Source: a virus (taxonomy: Duplodnaviria > Caudoviricetes). From it: a DNA stretch of 63,559 bases. A program made the position numbers and the translations under genes. Below, piece after piece: positions 27,105 through 35,410 of the stretch (within the stretch, counting starts at the first letter, position 1; each line of letters starts with the position of its first letter). The notes under the pieces were generated by a model. It was not told the origin of the DNA and ran no database searches. It saw only the letters and a list, made by a program, of their open reading frames with translations. The stretch spans positions 1 through 63,559 of the IMG/VR virus record IMGVR_UViG_3300036979_000143; one strand, given 5' to 3'.

Positions 27105-28553
27105 TTATAGAAGGGGGATTACTGAAGCCTGCACGTCACTCTTGGTCAAGGTAGAACGGGTAGAGATTGCGACATCCAGATTGTCTAGATTGGATGCCCT
27201 TGTTGTCGTTAGCCCCTGCGATGTGAGAGCAGTCTGCACGTTTGCGGAAGTTAAAACGGCAGTTCCAGTAGTTGCATCAACTGGCACACCAAGGGCAACT
27301 GATCCAACTGGAGGAACAGCAAGTGTCCCCGTCAAGTTTCCAAAATTGTATGTTGTTCCGCTACGGACGTTTGATGTGGCTGGAAAGTCTGCAACAGCCG
27401 CATCATCAATCAATGTCTTCGTTCCGCCAGTAGATGTGTAAAAAATGGCTACATTCGATAATGATGGAAGAAGGCGGATAGGGACTGCTCCGATAGGACT
27501 CATCCCTAACGGCCCAAACTCAAGCTCACGAACAATATTGATAGAACCAATGTTGCTGGATGACAATCCAGTGGCGGCAAGGATGCCTACTGATCCTAAT
27601 CCGAAACCATTCCCTTTTGCTCTAGTAACAGACAATGTTCCAGTAGACTGATTAAAAGCTGCAATTCCGCCATTTGAACCTCCTGTAGCGGTTCCGTTAA
27701 TATTTACTGTTCCAGTAGAATTGTTTTGGACGGCAAACGAACCACTTGCGCCACCCGTGCAATTGCCAGTTATATTAACTATTGCCGTAGAGTTATGATT
27801 TATACAAGGAGTGCTTGCAATACTAGTGTTTGCTTGGACTGTTCCGACAAAATTAACTATTCCCGTGGTAGAGTTGACTGTTGCCATAGTTTGATTAATC
27901 GCTGCTGGAGCAATCAAATCGGCATTGATAGTTGTCGTTCCTGTGTTGGATATAATTATTGGTGCATTTGTTGCACCTGTGACAAAATTAACAGTTCCAG
28001 TAAATGTTATTGTTCCTGTTCCTCCAAATGATAATGCAGAGCTATTTCTTCCATATACATTTCCTGTTATTGTCACATTGCTTGTTGCATTGGTAGTTGT
28101 TCCAATTCCAGAACCAGAAAGGGTTGCAACTGTTCCACTATTTATGTTTACGGCATTTATTAAACACGTTCCAATTCCATTATAGTTTATACCAACTTGT
28201 CCTACTACGACAGAACTACCATTTATGTTTCCTGTAGATGTAATATTTAATGCAAGGTTTGTGTTTAATACAGATAAACAAGATGTAGTCCCTGCGGTGA
28301 TATCAACAACAGTTATATTAGCCACCAAGTTTCCAGCAGTAAATGTTCCTCCAGCATTTGAGCTAGTGCTTCCGCCGTTAAATGGAATTCCTGTTACTGC
28401 CGTTGTATTAAGTGAAGTTACATTGATGTCTTGATTTATCGTGACATTGAAATTATTAGCCCAAACAGAATCTCCAGCAACAGGAACAACTCCACCAGCC
28501 CAAGTAGCCGTGGCACTCCAGTTTCCGTTAGCCTGTGCTTTAATGTTTGGCAT
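27105..28553 (-). CDS. G/T/N-rich beta-helix adhesin/fibre-like protein
   Basis: NGNWSATATWAGGVVP N-terminus, repeated VNITG strands, NVRSGTTY...GTLAVP...VALGV motif. Confidence 0.7.
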   Translation of the reverse strand: MPNIKAQANGNWSATATWAGGVVPVAGDSVWANNFNVTINQDINVTSLNTTAVTGIPFNGGSTSSNAGGTFTAGNLVANITVVDITAGTTSCLSVLNTNLALNITSTGNINGSSVVVGQVGINYNGIGTCLINAVNINSGTVATLSGSGIGTTTNATSNVTITGNVYGRNSSALSFGGTGTITFTGTVNFVTGATNAPIIISNTGTTTINADLIAPAAINQTMATVNSTTGIVNFVGTVQANTSIASTPCINHNSTAIVNITGNCTGGASGSFAVQNNSTGTVNINGTATGGSNGGIAAFNQSTGTLSVTRAKGNGFGLGSVGILAATGLSSSNIGSINIVRELEFGPLGMSPIGAVPIRLLPSLSNVAIFYTSTGGTKTLIDDAAVADFPATSNVRSGTTYNFGNLTGTLAVPPVGSVALGVPVDATTGTAVLTSANVQTALTSQGLTTTRASNLDNLDVAISTRSTLTKSDVQASVIPLL

Positions 28554-28771
28554 TATATTCCCTTAATTTCGCGAAACTTGGCAACAGCTTCGTTAATTGC
28601 GTTCACAAACTCCGATTCCGCAATTCCATCAACATTGTGATTGCCAACCATAGCACTTTTCATTTGATCTAGTGCAAACTGACCATCTATGAATGGCATA
28701 ACGCTTAAACATGCGGTTTTGCTCCCATCGGGAAGGTTTGTGAATGACAATGATACTTGCTCTTGGTTCAT
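28553..28771 (-). CDS. Hypothetical protein
   Basis: Coupled to 27105-28553. Confidence 0.55.
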   Translation of the reverse strand: MNQEQVSLSFTNLPDGSKTACLSVMPFIDGQFALDQMKSAMVGNHNVDGIAESEFVNAINEAVAKFREIKGI

Positions 28772-28775
28772 AGTG

Positions 28776-29087
28776 TTAAGGAATTGTAAGTGTGTCCGTA
28801 GCGATTGATCCTGCGCTATATGTCAGATCCCTGTGAGCAACCTGTGTCGCGCCATTGAAGTAGTTGATTTGCGTAATGTTCCCGTCAGTAGAAACAAATG
28901 TCCTTCGCGTGAATACAGGCAAAGAATAAGATGAAGACCTTTGCTCTGGGAAATTTGTTACAGAAACAGATCCAGACACAGGCAACGTGCCGTCAATCGT
29001 TACAGAAAACGGCTTTAGAAGCCTCTCGTAGATACACGAAAGCCATCTAGGTGTTGTCCAATGTCTGCAATCTTCAGATAGACTCAT
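28776..29087 (-). CDS. Hypothetical beta-rich protein
   Basis: VSGSVSVTNFP motif seen in fibre-like proteins. Confidence 0.55.
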   Translation of the reverse strand: MSLSEDCRHWTTPRWLSCIYERLLKPFSVTIDGTLPVSGSVSVTNFPEQRSSSYSLPVFTRRTFVSTDGNITQINYFNGATQVAHRDLTYSAGSIATDTLTIP

Positions 29088-29313
29088 TTGTGTTAATTCT
29101 TTGAATTTCGCGACGAATATAAAAGATAGCTTTTTCTAGGTCTTCCGTAGGGTCTTTCGATTTTAGCCCTGCCCTCCAAATATATTTGATGGCATTGCCA
29201 AGGCAGAAATTAAAATGCTCCGTAACCTGAATACACTCCACGCCAGACGGGTGTGCTGTGTAGTGGGAAGGGTGATTAACTGCGTCAGGAAAATTGATGT
29301 CTGTATTATTCAT
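29074..29313 (-). CDS. DUF3310 (T7 gp1.7-like) protein
   Basis: DAVNHPSHY...ECI...FCLGNAIKYIWRAG.K...EDLEKA. Confidence 0.9.
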   Translation of the reverse strand: MNNTDINFPDAVNHPSHYTAHPSGVECIQVTEHFNFCLGNAIKYIWRAGLKSKDPTEDLEKAIFYIRREIQRINTNESI

Positions 29314-29478
29314 TGTTATTCCTGCTACTTAATTCATATCTTCGCATGATGTCCATGCGTTGAGGGTTGTTTGCCTTGGTGGCCGGGGTAGCCTTTTTCA
29401 TGGCGTGCATTCGGGCTTTTACAGCAACTTCAGCCCCAGCGATTGGGCTTGCTACACGTTTGAATTGGCTTGTCTTTT

Positions 29479-29664
29479 TCACGGCACAAGGAACGCGATA
29501 ATAGCGCAGATTAGCATTATGACAGCTAGGATCGCCAACGGAATCCACAACGGAGACAAAACCCACCACCATGACCATGCGATAACACCGCACAACTTGA
29601 GTGTGATGAAGACCATAAGCAGGACAGTTCCTGCGGACATTCCAGATGTATTTGAATTGCTCAT
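29479..29664 (-). CDS. Small membrane protein
   Basis: FITLKLCGVIAWSWWWVLSPLWIP two-TM motif. Confidence 0.8.
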   Translation of the reverse strand: MSNSNTSGMSAGTVLLMVFITLKLCGVIAWSWWWVLSPLWIPLAILAVIMLICAIIAFLVP

Positions 29665-29707
29665 TTTATTTTTGGTTTGGATTTATTGTTTGCTGGTGAT
29701 TTCAAAA

Positions 29708-29759
29708 CCTCGCTGGCTGGACGAACACCCTGCTTTCGCAAGGTGTCGTCAGCCGGGGG
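29708..29759 (-). promoter_or_regulatory. Long intergenic hairpin with GAAA tetraloop
   Basis: GGCUGACGACACCUUGC-GAAA-GCAGGGUGUUCGUCCAGCC. Confidence 0.55.
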
Positions 29760-29788
29760 AAAGCTCTTTGTGATCGGCTTTTTAGGCA

Positions 29789-30124
29789 TTAGCTTACAGC
29801 CTGATCCTCTGGTGCCGCTTCAGTAGCCTCTTCGCTGCGGTCTTTGATAATCAGTTTCTCAAGCAGGGCTGCTGCGATAAGAAGATTAAAGGCGAACAGC
29901 TTGCTCTTGTTGATAAGGTCAACAAAGATGTCGTCTTTGGTGATCGTGTTCAGGTCAACATTCTCAATTACCTTTTGAATGTGATCGGCCTCCCCGGTTG
30001 TCTCTTCAGCGGTTGGTTCGGCAGCAGGGGTCTCGGAAACATCCGATGCAGGCGGTTGGTTTTCCTGCGTAGGAAGCTGGACGATATTTGATTTGCTCTC
30101 TTCTGTTGTTGTATTCTGTTCCAT
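29789..30124 (-). CDS. Acidic hypothetical protein
   Basis: Clean ORF with A-rich leader. Confidence 0.65.
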   Translation of the reverse strand: MEQNTTTEESKSNIVQLPTQENQPPASDVSETPAAEPTAEETTGEADHIQKVIENVDLNTITKDDIFVDLINKSKLFAFNLLIAAALLEKLIIKDRSEEATEAAPEDQAVS

Positions 30125-30314
30125 TGTTTTTATTTGGTTGGTTGTTTTCTGCTACATTTTTGCACGTTTCGGCATCTTGATTAGACGTTTCTTGTCTTTC
30201 GGCATCTCCGACTTTTTCGACTTCGATTCCATCGGAATGTTTTTTTTAGCCGCTGTCAACCCGACTCGGATTTCCGGGGTTCCAACTTTGAGGTATGTAG
30301 AATTGTTGTTCATA

Positions 30315-30545
30315 TTATTCCGTGACATATTGCATCATTGCGTCAGCAAGGTCAAAAGCCAACTTTGCTGCTTTTTCTGGTTCAGTCCCGTCTTCCGTGG
30401 TGGCAATCCCGGCTAGGGCAGAACTGGCAAAGTATGCCCTCATGCTCATTCCTGTATTACTCTTAATGGGTGGATTGTTTCTGTCTCCTTGGTATGGGGC
30501 AACCGGGAAGGCTGGAAAATTGAACTTTTTATTAATTCGATTCAT
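30315..30545 (-). CDS. Conserved small phage protein
   Basis: PAFP...GMSMRAYFA...AFDLADAMM family motif. Confidence 0.75.
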   Translation of the reverse strand: MNRINKKFNFPAFPVAPYQGDRNNPPIKSNTGMSMRAYFASSALAGIATTEDGTEPEKAAKLAFDLADAMMQYVTE

Positions 30546-30697
30546 TTGGTGTTTTGATTAGTTTTTTTGCCCGTTGCGGGCAAGTGAGGCGATACTTTTT
30601 TTCTAATTTGCCAAGCCTGTCAAGAAATATCCACACAAAAGGAATGCACGGATTATACATCGTGGCTTGTTTGTATTCGTTTAATGACATCATGGAT

Positions 30698-31066
30698 TTA
30701 TTTGGTTGGGGGGTGGCAACATCCGTCGCACCCGTGGATTGCTTCGTATGGATTTTTTGTTTTCGGGTCATCCGGGTCAGGGTGTCCGATGCCATGAGGA
30801 CAGATACGCTCCATGATTCCCCGGTCGCCTCGCCAGTTTTGCGGCCAATCGCGCATATGGTGTTCGCTGGGATTGTGGATACAGCAATATTCGCCTTGGC
30901 ATTTTGACCTACTATGGACGAGTAGAACCCGATCAGACCCTACTAGCTTGTATCGCTCTTGCCCGACATAGGCGACATGGGAGGCCAATTCCTGTTTCTT
31001 TTGTAGCCTTTCTTTTTGTGCTTTCCAGTTAAAAAGTGCTTTTATCAGATTTGTGTATTTATTCAT
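30698..31066 (-). CDS. Cys/His-rich metal-binding phage protein
   Basis: CCIHNPSEHHM...ERICPHGIGHPDPD...HGCDGCC. Confidence 0.75.
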   Translation of the reverse strand: MNKYTNLIKALFNWKAQKERLQKKQELASHVAYVGQERYKLVGSDRVLLVHSRSKCQGEYCCIHNPSEHHMRDWPQNWRGDRGIMERICPHGIGHPDPDDPKTKNPYEAIHGCDGCCHPPTK

Positions 31067-31277
31067 CTTGAGAAGGCTCTTTATTTTTTTCCATTTCGTT
31101 TGCCTGATCCTCTCGGATGTCGAGAATCATATTTTTTATCAGTATCGTTACGTCTGATTCTTTCCCCCACCACTTGCGTAGGTAACAATAGTATTGTTCG
31201 TAAATGAAGGAGATGATTTCCTCCCGTGCGATATGCTTTCCTTCGGCATATCCTTTATTGTATTCATTGGTGTTCAT
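31059..31277 (-). CDS. Hypothetical protein
   Basis: Coupled ORF. Confidence 0.55.
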   Translation of the reverse strand: MNTNEYNKGYAEGKHIAREEIISFIYEQYYCYLRKWWGKESDVTILIKNMILDIREDQANEMEKNKEPSQDE

Positions 31278-31298
31278 GACATTGCCCGTATGAGCTAG

Positions 31299-31724
31299 TT
31301 ATTCCTTTTCGTCAAGAGGATTTTTCATTTTTTCTGCATCTTCTTTCTCTTCTTTATAGGTATCGAAAATATCCTCTGCGTTATTGCTGTACCACTCGCA
31401 AACCTCTTGATGAATGTAGTAGTAAATAGCGGCCATCCCGTCATTCTCGCGTGGATTATCACCAACGCCAGCATTGAAGTAAGCTCGCTCAAGCTCCCGG
31501 CTGTGTAGATACCAAGCAGTTTCTATTTCATGGGTATAGATTGGAACTGATGAATCTACGATTTCGTGGATTGCTCCAGAGTAGTCTAGGTCATTGCTCA
31601 AGCAAGGAACCTCGTCAGGCTCGTTCTCGTTTAGATACTTGATGAGTTCTTCTTTGACTTCATCAATGGCTACCTCAACCCGGTCGGGAAGAGAATCTTC
31701 GATTTCTATATTTATTTTAGACAT
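31299..31724 (-). CDS. ocr: Ocr (T7 gp0.3)-like DNA-mimic antirestriction protein
   Basis: GAIHEIVDSSVPIY resembles T7 DAIHMAADNAVPHY; AEDIFDTYKEE resembles AEDLLNEYLEE; strongly acidic; early region. Confidence 0.72.
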   Translation of the reverse strand: MSKINIEIEDSLPDRVEVAIDEVKEELIKYLNENEPDEVPCLSNDLDYSGAIHEIVDSSVPIYTHEIETAWYLHSRELERAYFNAGVGDNPRENDGMAAIYYYIHQEVCEWYSNNAEDIFDTYKEEKEDAEKMKNPLDEKE

Positions 31725-31739
31725 AAGTTTTTTGTTGTT

Positions 31740-31943
31740 TTACGAGTGAGCGTGTCCGTCTATCTCAATACCGATGAAGATATTGCGAAACTTTACGCCG
31801 ATTGCGCCATCTCCGCACAGGATATACGAGACGCTTTCTGGTTGCTCGTTGTATCGCTCGCATAGGCGGTCAAAACTACGCTTCTGTTCTGATGACACAG
31901 CGAAAGTATCGCTGCCTAGGGTTATGATTTCTGATCTATTCAT
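31740..31943 (-). CDS. Hypothetical early protein
   Basis: C-terminal IGIEIDGHAHS. Confidence 0.6.
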   Translation of the reverse strand: MNRSEIITLGSDTFAVSSEQKRSFDRLCERYNEQPESVSYILCGDGAIGVKFRNIFIGIEIDGHAHS

Positions 31944-32283
31944 TTATTATGTTTATTAGTGTTTCGTCTTGTTCTTGCACCATCGTTTCGATGGCTTTGG
32001 TGAGTTCCCACGCCAAATTCTCGCTAATATCTGCGTCCGTAAACGAGACATCAATATCGTAGGGAATTTCCCCGTAAATTTCTTCAGTAGCGTGAGATGA
32101 CCATTCAGAATTAGGAGCGTAGTCGCGGAATCCGACTGAACCTTGTTCTGTTGAAATATCAAGATCAACTTCAAGATCGCCTAGGTTCTCTATTTGATGT
32201 TTCGCCTCAAGATGAGTGAGGAACTTTTTGCTGAAAAGGCGGGATAGTTGTATTGTGATTTCCATATTATTTAACAAGTTCAA
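31936..32283 (-). CDS. Acidic early protein
   Basis: D/E-rich ORF; start probably at MEIT. Confidence 0.55.
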   Translation of the reverse strand: MNLLNNMEITIQLSRLFSKKFLTHLEAKHQIENLGDLEVDLDISTEQGSVGFRDYAPNSEWSSHATEEIYGEIPYDIDVSFTDADISENLAWELTKAIETMVQEQDETLINIINE

Positions 32284-32441
32284 TCATGTCGGCACTCACG
32301 AGTTCAGTAGGACGGATTCCTCCGTGTTCCCAAACCAAAGGTTCGATAAAGCCTCGGTAGCCATTCCACTCGACTACTAGGTATTCTTCATCTCCACCTT
32401 CCCATTCGGGACGGATTTTAACGATACATCCTGCGTGCATA

Positions 32442-32624
32442 TTATTTAAGGAAAGCAGGGATTTCTTTTTTGGCGTTACGAGCGACAGCCTTGTGGAAGC
32501 CAGCCACTAGGTCTAAAGCGTACTGAAGGGAGTCGCAGTTGATATTATCTTCAACGTCATTGTTGAAGAAATGAACGAGGTACTTTCCGTTTGGTTTAGC
32601 GGAGATTGTCGTTTGAGGATTCAT
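32442..32624 (-). CDS. Hypothetical early protein
   Basis: First ORF behind a promoter motif. Confidence 0.6.
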   Translation of the reverse strand: MNPQTTISAKPNGKYLVHFFNNDVEDNINCDSLQYALDLVAGFHKAVARNAKKEIPAFLK

Positions 32625-32674
32625 TTTATTTATTAGGATTTATTTATTGGATTCAACTAACACAATCAGTTTCG

Positions 32675-32697
32675 CTCCGATTGTCCTACATGGAAAG
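32675..32697 (-). promoter_or_regulatory. Repeated early promoter motif
   Basis: ctccgattgtcctacatggaaag, 22/23 identical to 34655-34677. Confidence 0.65.
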
Positions 32698-32785
32698 CAA
32701 AATCGTACTTAAAAAATACTTTTTTTCTCATCTAGGGATCAGTTTAAAATGCTTTCGATTTCTGGTGAGGACAACGTCTAGGCGG

Positions 32786-33088
32786 TCAAATAAAAACTCC
32801 GAATGCAGGATTCTTGGACTCTAAAACAGGGTCATTGAACCGCTTTAGTAGCTTTTGGCGGTCTTGTTCGGTAATCTGAACGGAAAACCAATATAGTGCT
32901 TTTTTAGCCCTGCGGCATCCCGGCTCTGCTCGGAGAATCGCGATTCGCAAAAGGTTGGGAAAATCGGGGTGATCGCCATCGACGAAAAATTTGTCCTTGG
33001 TGCTATGCACTCCTGATTGCGGAGGTATCGGATGCCCGGTTGCCTCTGCGTCTTGGTAGAAATCAACATTCAGTAGTATTGCGTTCAT
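32786..33088 (-). CDS. Hypothetical protein
   Basis: Coupled ORF. Confidence 0.5.
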   Translation of the reverse strand: MNAILLNVDFYQDAEATGHPIPPQSGVHSTKDKFFVDGDHPDFPNLLRIAILRAEPGCRRAKKALYWFSVQITEQDRQKLLKRFNDPVLESKNPAFGVFI

Positions 33089-33090
33089 GT

Positions 33091-33285
33091 TTATTCGTCG
33101 TATCCACAGCAGTTGTAACCTTCATAACCATAATCTTCATCGGTTCCGAACCCGGCTGAAGCTAGTGCCTCGGCATCGTCGGAATAGTCGTCAGGCATCC
33201 TTCCTGTTGCTTGCGTTTCAGGATCATCTAGAACTGCTTTTTCTGATGCGTCCTCGGGGATTGGTTCGTTGTATATATTAGTCAT
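33091..33285 (-). CDS. Very acidic small protein
   Basis: DAEALASAGFGTDEDYG motif. Confidence 0.65.
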   Translation of the reverse strand: MTNIYNEPIPEDASEKAVLDDPETQATGRMPDDYSDDAEALASAGFGTDEDYGYEGYNCCGYDE

Positions 33286-33387
33286 TTTTTTATTTATTTA
33301 TGTTTACCGACAACGTCAATGAAAGCGTGGATTGTTAAAAAAACAAAGCCATTTTTTTAACTGTTTTACTCTTTCAAATCATGTTTT

Positions 33388-33609
33388 TCAAATAGCTGAA
33401 TATATATGAACATGGAAGCACGTTCCTGTTTCTCCTGCGTTCGTTGCTTCCAGTTCGGCGCAATATGGGTAGCAAACGTAGGTTGCCTTGCTGATTTTGT
33501 GTTTCTTTAATCTCGGAAAATCAGAAATCACAAAATCTCTGAAATCTGTAACAGATACTATTTCAGGGACATCCGGTGGGTCAGAGTCTTTGTCGCAAAT
33601 AATTATCAT
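33388..33609 (-). CDS. Hypothetical protein
   Basis: ATGA-coupled ORF. Confidence 0.45.
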   Translation of the reverse strand: MIIICDKDSDPPDVPEIVSVTDFRDFVISDFPRLKKHKISKATYVCYPYCAELEATNAGETGTCFHVHIYSAI

Positions 33610-34061
33610 AATTCTTTGATTATTTTGATTGCGGACTGGAGTTCAAGGATAACGCGATTCCTTTCTCCGTTGATGGAGTGCATGATGCATTCTTTCTGAT
33701 TCCGCAATGCTACAATTTCGTCCTGTAGGCGTTTTTTAATTATCTCGTCGGGGTTTTCCTCAAGAATCTCCATAAGCATCCACACGGACTGTTTAGAGAA
33801 TCCTCCAACGTGCCAATCGGTGATGTTTTGAACATCTTCCCCTTCGTTTCCGCAGTAGTTCTTTCCGTTCTTCCAGTTGTAGATGGTAGCAATAGTGCCG
33901 TCTTCAAATTTAATGATCCATTCTGCGTCGATTTTGTAAGCGTCTCCCTCGCAAGGCTCACCAAACAAGGAGACTAATTTATCGTAGTCACATTTTATGT
34001 AACCCTGAAGGCAAGATCCGTTGATATTAATTTTCCTGTCGTTGTGTGTTTTGTATTTCAT
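33606..34061 (-). CDS. Conserved phage hypothetical protein
   Basis: LQGYI...LFGEP...K..AEW...ATIYNWK...WHVGG. Confidence 0.7.
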   Translation of the reverse strand: MKYKTHNDRKININGSCLQGYIKCDYDKLVSLFGEPCEGDAYKIDAEWIIKFEDGTIATIYNWKNGKNYCGNEGEDVQNITDWHVGGFSKQSVWMLMEILEENPDEIIKKRLQDEIVALRNQKECIMHSINGERNRVILELQSAIKIIKEL

Positions 34062-34065
34062 AGGT

Positions 34066-34257
34066 TTACTCGCGATAGTCTTGAATCGTAGTAACTAGGC
34101 CGTCGAAATCTTCTTCAGGGCCAAACAAGTCAGCCGCAGCATAAACGATTTCCAGCGGCACTCCGTAATCTTCAGCAAGGCTATCTAGGTAGTCTTTGCG
34201 GTTTTTGTATCCGTTTTCAGTATATACACTCATTTTATTTATTTTTGTTTGGCCCAT
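34066..34257 (-). CDS. Conserved small acidic phage protein (probable start MSVY)
   Basis: GYKNRKDYLDSLAEDYG...GPEEDFDGLV. Confidence 0.7.
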   Translation of the reverse strand: MGQTKINKMSVYTENGYKNRKDYLDSLAEDYGVPLEIVYAAADLFGPEEDFDGLVTTIQDYRE

Positions 34258-34654
34258 GCTTTCTGATAAATGGCAAACACACGCTTGCCATATTCAGAGT
34301 GTTTACTAGCAGGGATTCTATGCTGTTTGCACCACGCAACAAAATCTTTGCGGCACATCATTTGTTGAACCATATTCATTAGTTCCAGATTATGCAGAGG
34401 ATGATGAAGGAGATGAACGCTTCAACTAACAGGATCTGAAGCACGTTTGCAAAAAGGTCTTTCATTTTATTTATTTGTGGCAGGGACGCTTGGTGCCAAG
34501 ATAGACATGGATAACGCCACGAACCCTTTCACCGATAATTTGCCCTTTGGAATTAACCAGAGTTTTGAATTTTTTGGAGGCAAGGAATTCGTCACGATTT
34601 GCAGTTGTCATTTTATTTATTTTTGTTTGGGTTTCTTAACGCAGTCAATCAAAC

Positions 34655-34677
34655 CTCCGATTGTCCTACAAGGAAAG
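34655..34677 (-). promoter_or_regulatory. Repeated early promoter motif (first of the early region)
   Basis: ctccgattgtcctacaaggaaag flanked by A/T tracts. Confidence 0.65.
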
Positions 34678-34717
34678 AAAAAAAATGCACTTTTTTCATT
34701 CTAAAGAGTAAAAAACT

Positions 34718-35410
34718 TTAAAAAGAACGCTTTTCCCATGCCTCGCGAGCGTGTTCCACGGAAATCGTCGGCTTCCCGATGCGATCGTTCACATCGTTAT
34801 GGAGATGAACGCTCCACGCAAACAAATCTTGCCAAACCGGGGGATTCTCCGAAACGTATTTTCGGAAATGTTCAGCGCATGGGCAGTCTCCAAAATTGAG
34901 TGCAGAAGCCCATTGCTCAAACCATATCGTATCATCTGTTCCTTTGTGGCGTAGTGCAAATAGATGCAACTCTGCCCAATAGCGAGAAATATTCAAGGGA
35001 GTGATTTGATCGGATGGTTTTGTTGCGTGAGCGCGATCAACTTCATTGGCTGAGTTTTCCACCCAACGCTGATGCCTATCCCAATCTATTCCCAAGTGCT
35101 TGCATACTTCCATTTCAATCCTCATCGCGAGAGCGTGTTCCCGGCGATATGGTGCGTTCTTATTGTCTCCCGGCTCGTCTAGTTCTGGGTTGGCAATATC
35201 CCAAGCAGAAACTTCTTCCTCGGTGATCCCTGCTTTTTTGCAGGCCCACGCCTCCACCATTTCGTGCAATGCTACTAGGAAGGCACTATCGTCCTGACCG
35301 CCATATTCAGGCACAAAGACTTGAAGTGTCCCGTCAGGAAGGAACCTCCAGTCTCCGCAAGTGCTGTATCGAATGGCGAACGGATCAACCGATTTAATCT
35401 CAATCTTCAT
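34718..35410 (-). CDS. Fusion: HExxE zincin-like domain + Erv1/Alr-type sulfhydryl oxidase domain
   Basis: N-terminal ALHEMVE...EH; C-terminal WAELH...CPCAEHFRKYVSENPP...WSVHLHNDVNDRIGKP matches the Erv/Alr signature. Confidence 0.8.
   Translation of the reverse strand: MKIEIKSVDPFAIRYSTCGDWRFLPDGTLQVFVPEYGGQDDSAFLVALHEMVEAWACKKAGITEEEVSAWDIANPELDEPGDNKNAPYRREHALAMRIEMEVCKHLGIDWDRHQRWVENSANEVDRAHATKPSDQITPLNISRYWAELHLFALRHKGTDDTIWFEQWASALNFGDCPCAEHFRKYVSENPPVWQDLFAWSVHLHNDVNDRIGKPTISVEHAREAWEKRSF

Noticed and set aside
29708-29759. Hammerhead ribozyme (CUGACGA...GAAA present)
   Set aside because: Stems I and II cannot be formed around the core; the simple hairpin explains the sequence
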